DNA of 57,853 bases from an uncultured Spirochaetales bacterium (lineage in GTDB: Bacteria > Myxococcota_A > UBA9160 > PR03): assembly GCA_964353555.1 (NCBI GenBank), contig CAYGWM010000017.1:1-57853 (forward strand). Reading direction: 5' to 3'. Positions 56,101 through 57,853 of the stretch are shown here, one piece after another (the first letter of the stretch is position 1; the number at the start of each line of letters is the position of its first letter). Made by a program: the position numbers and the translations under genes. The notes below the pieces were generated by a model, which had not been told where the DNA came from, made no database searches, and saw nothing but the letters and a program-made list of their open reading frames with translations.

Positions 56101-57853
56101 GATCTTGCGGTCGACCGGACGGCCGACCTCGAGTTGGATGACACGGTGCTACGCAGCTTCGACGCGAGCACCACACCGCCCGCGATCACGGATCTGTGTC
56201 CTGTCACGGAGGTAGCCGTCAGTGGCGGGCGGTTGGCCTTCCTGCGCCCCGAGGCGGCCGGGCTGGTGGCGACGGCGGGTTGCAGCCAGCCGAACGCCGA
56301 CCTGAACGGCGACGGCGACACGAGCGACCTGATCGTGCAGGAGCGTCCGGCTGCGGGCGGCGCGGTCGTGAACCACGCGCTGGCGGCGCGCGAGATCGCC
56401 GCGTCGGACACGGCGCTCGCAGCGCTGGTGTCGGAGGCGGACCAGTTCGGCCAGGACCTGAACGGCGACGGCGATGCGGATGATCTCGTTTTGTCGGTCT
56501 TTACGGACGCGACGGGTTGGACATCGACGGGCCTGGCGGGAGACGCGATCGGCGTCGCCGGCAGCCTGGTGGCGCTCGCCGCCGCCGAGGCCGACCAGGG
56601 TCAGGACCTGAATGCCGATGGCGACCAGACGGATCGGGTGCTGCAGCTCGTCGATGCCACGACGGGCGCAACCGTCAATACCGGACAATCCGTCGCCGAG
56701 TTCGTCTCGGGCGCGGGCTTCGTGGCCTTCCGCACCCGCGAGTGCGACGAGAGCGGCGGCGAGACGGACGGCTGTGCGAGCGGTGGCACGGACTTGAACG
56801 GCGACGGCGATGCGGCCGACGCCGTGCTTCAGGTGTGGGTCTCGACTGGTCCTGGGACAGGCTTCGTGCACAACACGGGACTCGCGGCTGTGACTTGTGA
56901 CTTCGAGGCCTGCGACCCGCGCTTCCCCTACCGGGTGGCGGGCTCGACGATCACCTTCCTCACGATCGAGTGCCAGCAAGGAGGGCCGGTCACAGCGGAA
57001 TGCGCCGGCGGCGGCTCGGATCTCAACGGCGACGGCGACGCCGGCGACCTGGTGCTGCAGGTCTTGAACGTGGACAGGATCGAGGCGCCCGCACCGGGCT
57101 TTGCGTTCGCCCCGTTGGCGCGTCAGGTGGAGGGGCTGACGCTCGATGCGGCATCGGACGGCCCGATACAGGCCCTCGCTGCAACGAACGCAGGCGTCTG
57201 CACGAGCACGGGCGCACCCTGCGCCTTCGACGCCGACTGCGGCACCGGGACGTGCTTCGTGCCGCCCGGGGCGTGCGTGCTCGACCTTGGGACCGCCTGC
57301 TCCTCGGGCTCGTGCCCAACGGGCCAGTTCTGCCGGACGCCCCTCTCCAACCCGTTAATATTGACGTGCCATCAGGTACAAGGGCCTTGTGCGGGCACAA
57401 GCGAGTGCGCCGCACCTGCGCTGTGCGAGGACGTCGATCAGCAGCGGCAGCGGGTCGTTGCCCCCTTGGCCAGCGCTGTGGTCGCCGGGGGCGAGACCTC
57501 GGGCGCACAGGTCTTCGCGAGCACCGGCATCTGCCGCGAGAGCCTCGGAGTTACGTGCGTGCCCGCGCCTTCAGCGGGCCAGGGGACGGGATGCGGGGTG
57601 GGCGAGGCCTGCCTCGCGGTGAGCCCGGGCTCGAGCGCAGGGATCTGCTACCGCGAGCACGGTTCCTGCGAGGTGAGTTCCGACTGCGTTGCGGGCGCGT
57701 GTATCAAGGACCTCCTCATCACCGCCACCGCCGCCGACCGCGACGGCGACTCGCTCGCCGACCCGATCGACAACTGCCCCGACGTCGCCAACCCGGATCA
57801 AGCCGACGCCGACACCGACGCGATCGGCGACGCCTGCGATCCCTGGACCTGCG
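53116..57853 (+). CDS. Very large secreted repeat protein (>1579 aa, truncated by window end): Ca-binding DLNGDGD repeats, 7-bladed TolB/PD40-like propeller, Cys-rich repeats, thrombospondin type-3 repeat
   Basis: Hand translation of frame 1 from ATG 53116 shows no stop to the end of the window; signal peptide MRVARSTTAGERLGLVVALLALLAPQQSAA; seven IS.DGR..AF blades; DLNGDGD x7; DRDGDSLADPIDNCPDVANPDQADADTDAIGDACD. Confidence 0.92.
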   Translation, partial: MRVARSTTAGERLGLVVALLALLAPQQSAANCNVIPGTTNTFRAAMGELDRPFAMPGDFLELRVRPAVCDAASVGVADHDGNATIDGRDVLVTVLFEPPAGGAKNAVIVARDCAALASQLASCDAAISGTATCVEAPATDLVAFSDPITARVRFRFPDTDALVGTLADDRTLAGPATIAVTPSNLPLPCGALAAGRCADTGGLVACADELYPVGTCDTASAAADPTFGHFVALPPPNNYEAVCETPGTPCDGTATEVRFTTDAAGNALVPWDWRGVLVRLEDVPIPRLVRMTTTLPAFTGAPDPASIPGNTFLSAWSPEGHRIAPVFDPLTDPNASGATVLFGSVDAPLGVSRIVRRGCLGGSAEGLACTSDAQCATSTCGAPLFDFADRYAGGVGPIVVSDAQYTAAAESPVPLDGLVETPTAFAFSVAEGLANQDLNGDGDQADYVVTLRNRGTGEVLPIGPGGAPGLAVVRARQGRFAFAAVEAQGGLVGFLESEPNQGYTDLNANGNVFDSVLRIFRLGLGSAAEVTNPSAPITADAAPVVDGRSIVQAGPYFFRTVEGAEATATTTRVSVSGEGAQGNGASVLRNRIDWPAISADGRFVAFSSYASNLVPGDTNGVADIFLHDRATGSTTRLSVGVNGQQVNGDTFRPSISPDGRFIAFDSTASNLVPNDANGASDVFVYDRNTGATIRVSVASPSVGTPPLGGPWGNGSANGDSYVPSISADGRFVAFESWASDLVVGDTNVSSDVFVRDLVLGTMTRVSVDSDGAQANSLTYAPKISGDGRFIAFRSAASNLIPDDTNGKFDVFLHDRVTGTTTLVSVAKNGQKTFADSFEPAISGDGRLISFGVDTNNLVPGDTNSGTDIFVKDRITGDVTRVNVSSSGDQAIFPACVSNQSISLDGRFVAFRCGAANLVPGDTNSRRDMFVHDLSTGNTVRVSVGASGTQSTVDAVQWPAISSDGQTVAFVSEATDLVAGDTNGFSDVFVRGPSLTDLAVDRTADLELDDTVLRSFDASTTPPAITDLCPVTEVAVSGGRLAFLRPEAAGLVATAGCSQPNADLNGDGDTSDLIVQERPAAGGAVVNHALAAREIAASDTALAALVSEADQFGQDLNGDGDADDLVLSVFTDATGWTSTGLAGDAIGVAGSLVALAAAEADQGQDLNADGDQTDRVLQLVDATTGATVNTGQSVAEFVSGAGFVAFRTRECDESGGETDGCASGGTDLNGDGDAADAVLQVWVSTGPGTGFVHNTGLAAVTCDFEACDPRFPYRVAGSTITFLTIECQQGGPVTAECAGGGSDLNGDGDAGDLVLQVLNVDRIEAPAPGFAFAPLARQVEGLTLDAASDGPIQALAATNAGVCTSTGAPCAFDADCGTGTCFVPPGACVLDLGTACSSGSCPTGQFCRTPLSNPLILTCHQVQGPCAGTSECAAPALCEDVDQQRQRVVAPLASAVVAGGETSGAQVFASTGICRESLGVTCVPAPSAGQGTGCGVGEACLAVSPGSSAGICYREHGSCEVSSDCVAGACIKDLLITATAADRDGDSLADPIDNCPDVANPDQADADTDAIGDACDPWTC

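Overview
High-GC bacterial chromosomal window; gene content and FtsA/FtsI style suggest a Myxococcota/deltaproteobacteria-like Gram-negative (inference). From the left: the end of a quinone oxidoreductase and ndk, then a minus-strand division/cell-wall (dcw) cluster (mraZ-rsmH-ftsL-ftsI-murE-murF-mraY-murD-ftsW-murG-murC-murB-ftsQ-ftsA-ftsZ, no ddl) with a sigma70-like promoter, four 10-bp-phased MraZ boxes and a highly structured mraZ-rsmH spacer. Next come a histone-deacetylase-family enzyme, a putative lipid-storage locus (epimerase + acyltransferase converging on two ArsA/GET3-like ATPases, a hypothetical protein and a PhaR-like regulator), a zinc-ribbon membrane protein, tatA, a phosphohexomutase, a hydrolase and an ECF sigma factor. 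A minus-strand operon then encodes a MerR regulator, a ParA ATPase fused to a glycogen-binding CBM48/AMPK-type domain, a P-loop-dead MinD-like protein and a degenerate nuclease-fold protein; this is the best candidate for an undescribed system (glycogen-granule positioning). The rest holds a 2-phosphoglycerate-kinase-like protein, an AAA+/vWA pair, sppA-trmB-rlmN-metallophosphoesterase, a LysM lytic transglycosylase, ffh, lipid enzymes, hisI-hisG, a NUDIX hydrolase, and an unterminated >1579-aa secreted Ca-binding repeat protein that the ORF track misses. A dispersed REP-like repeat family occurs both between genes and in frame inside proteins, and there is a separate MITE-like inverted repeat. 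No tRNA, rRNA, CRISPR array or transposase was found. Many start coordinates were moved from the ORF track to the RBS- or overlap-supported codon. All family assignments are by motif recognition, not database search.
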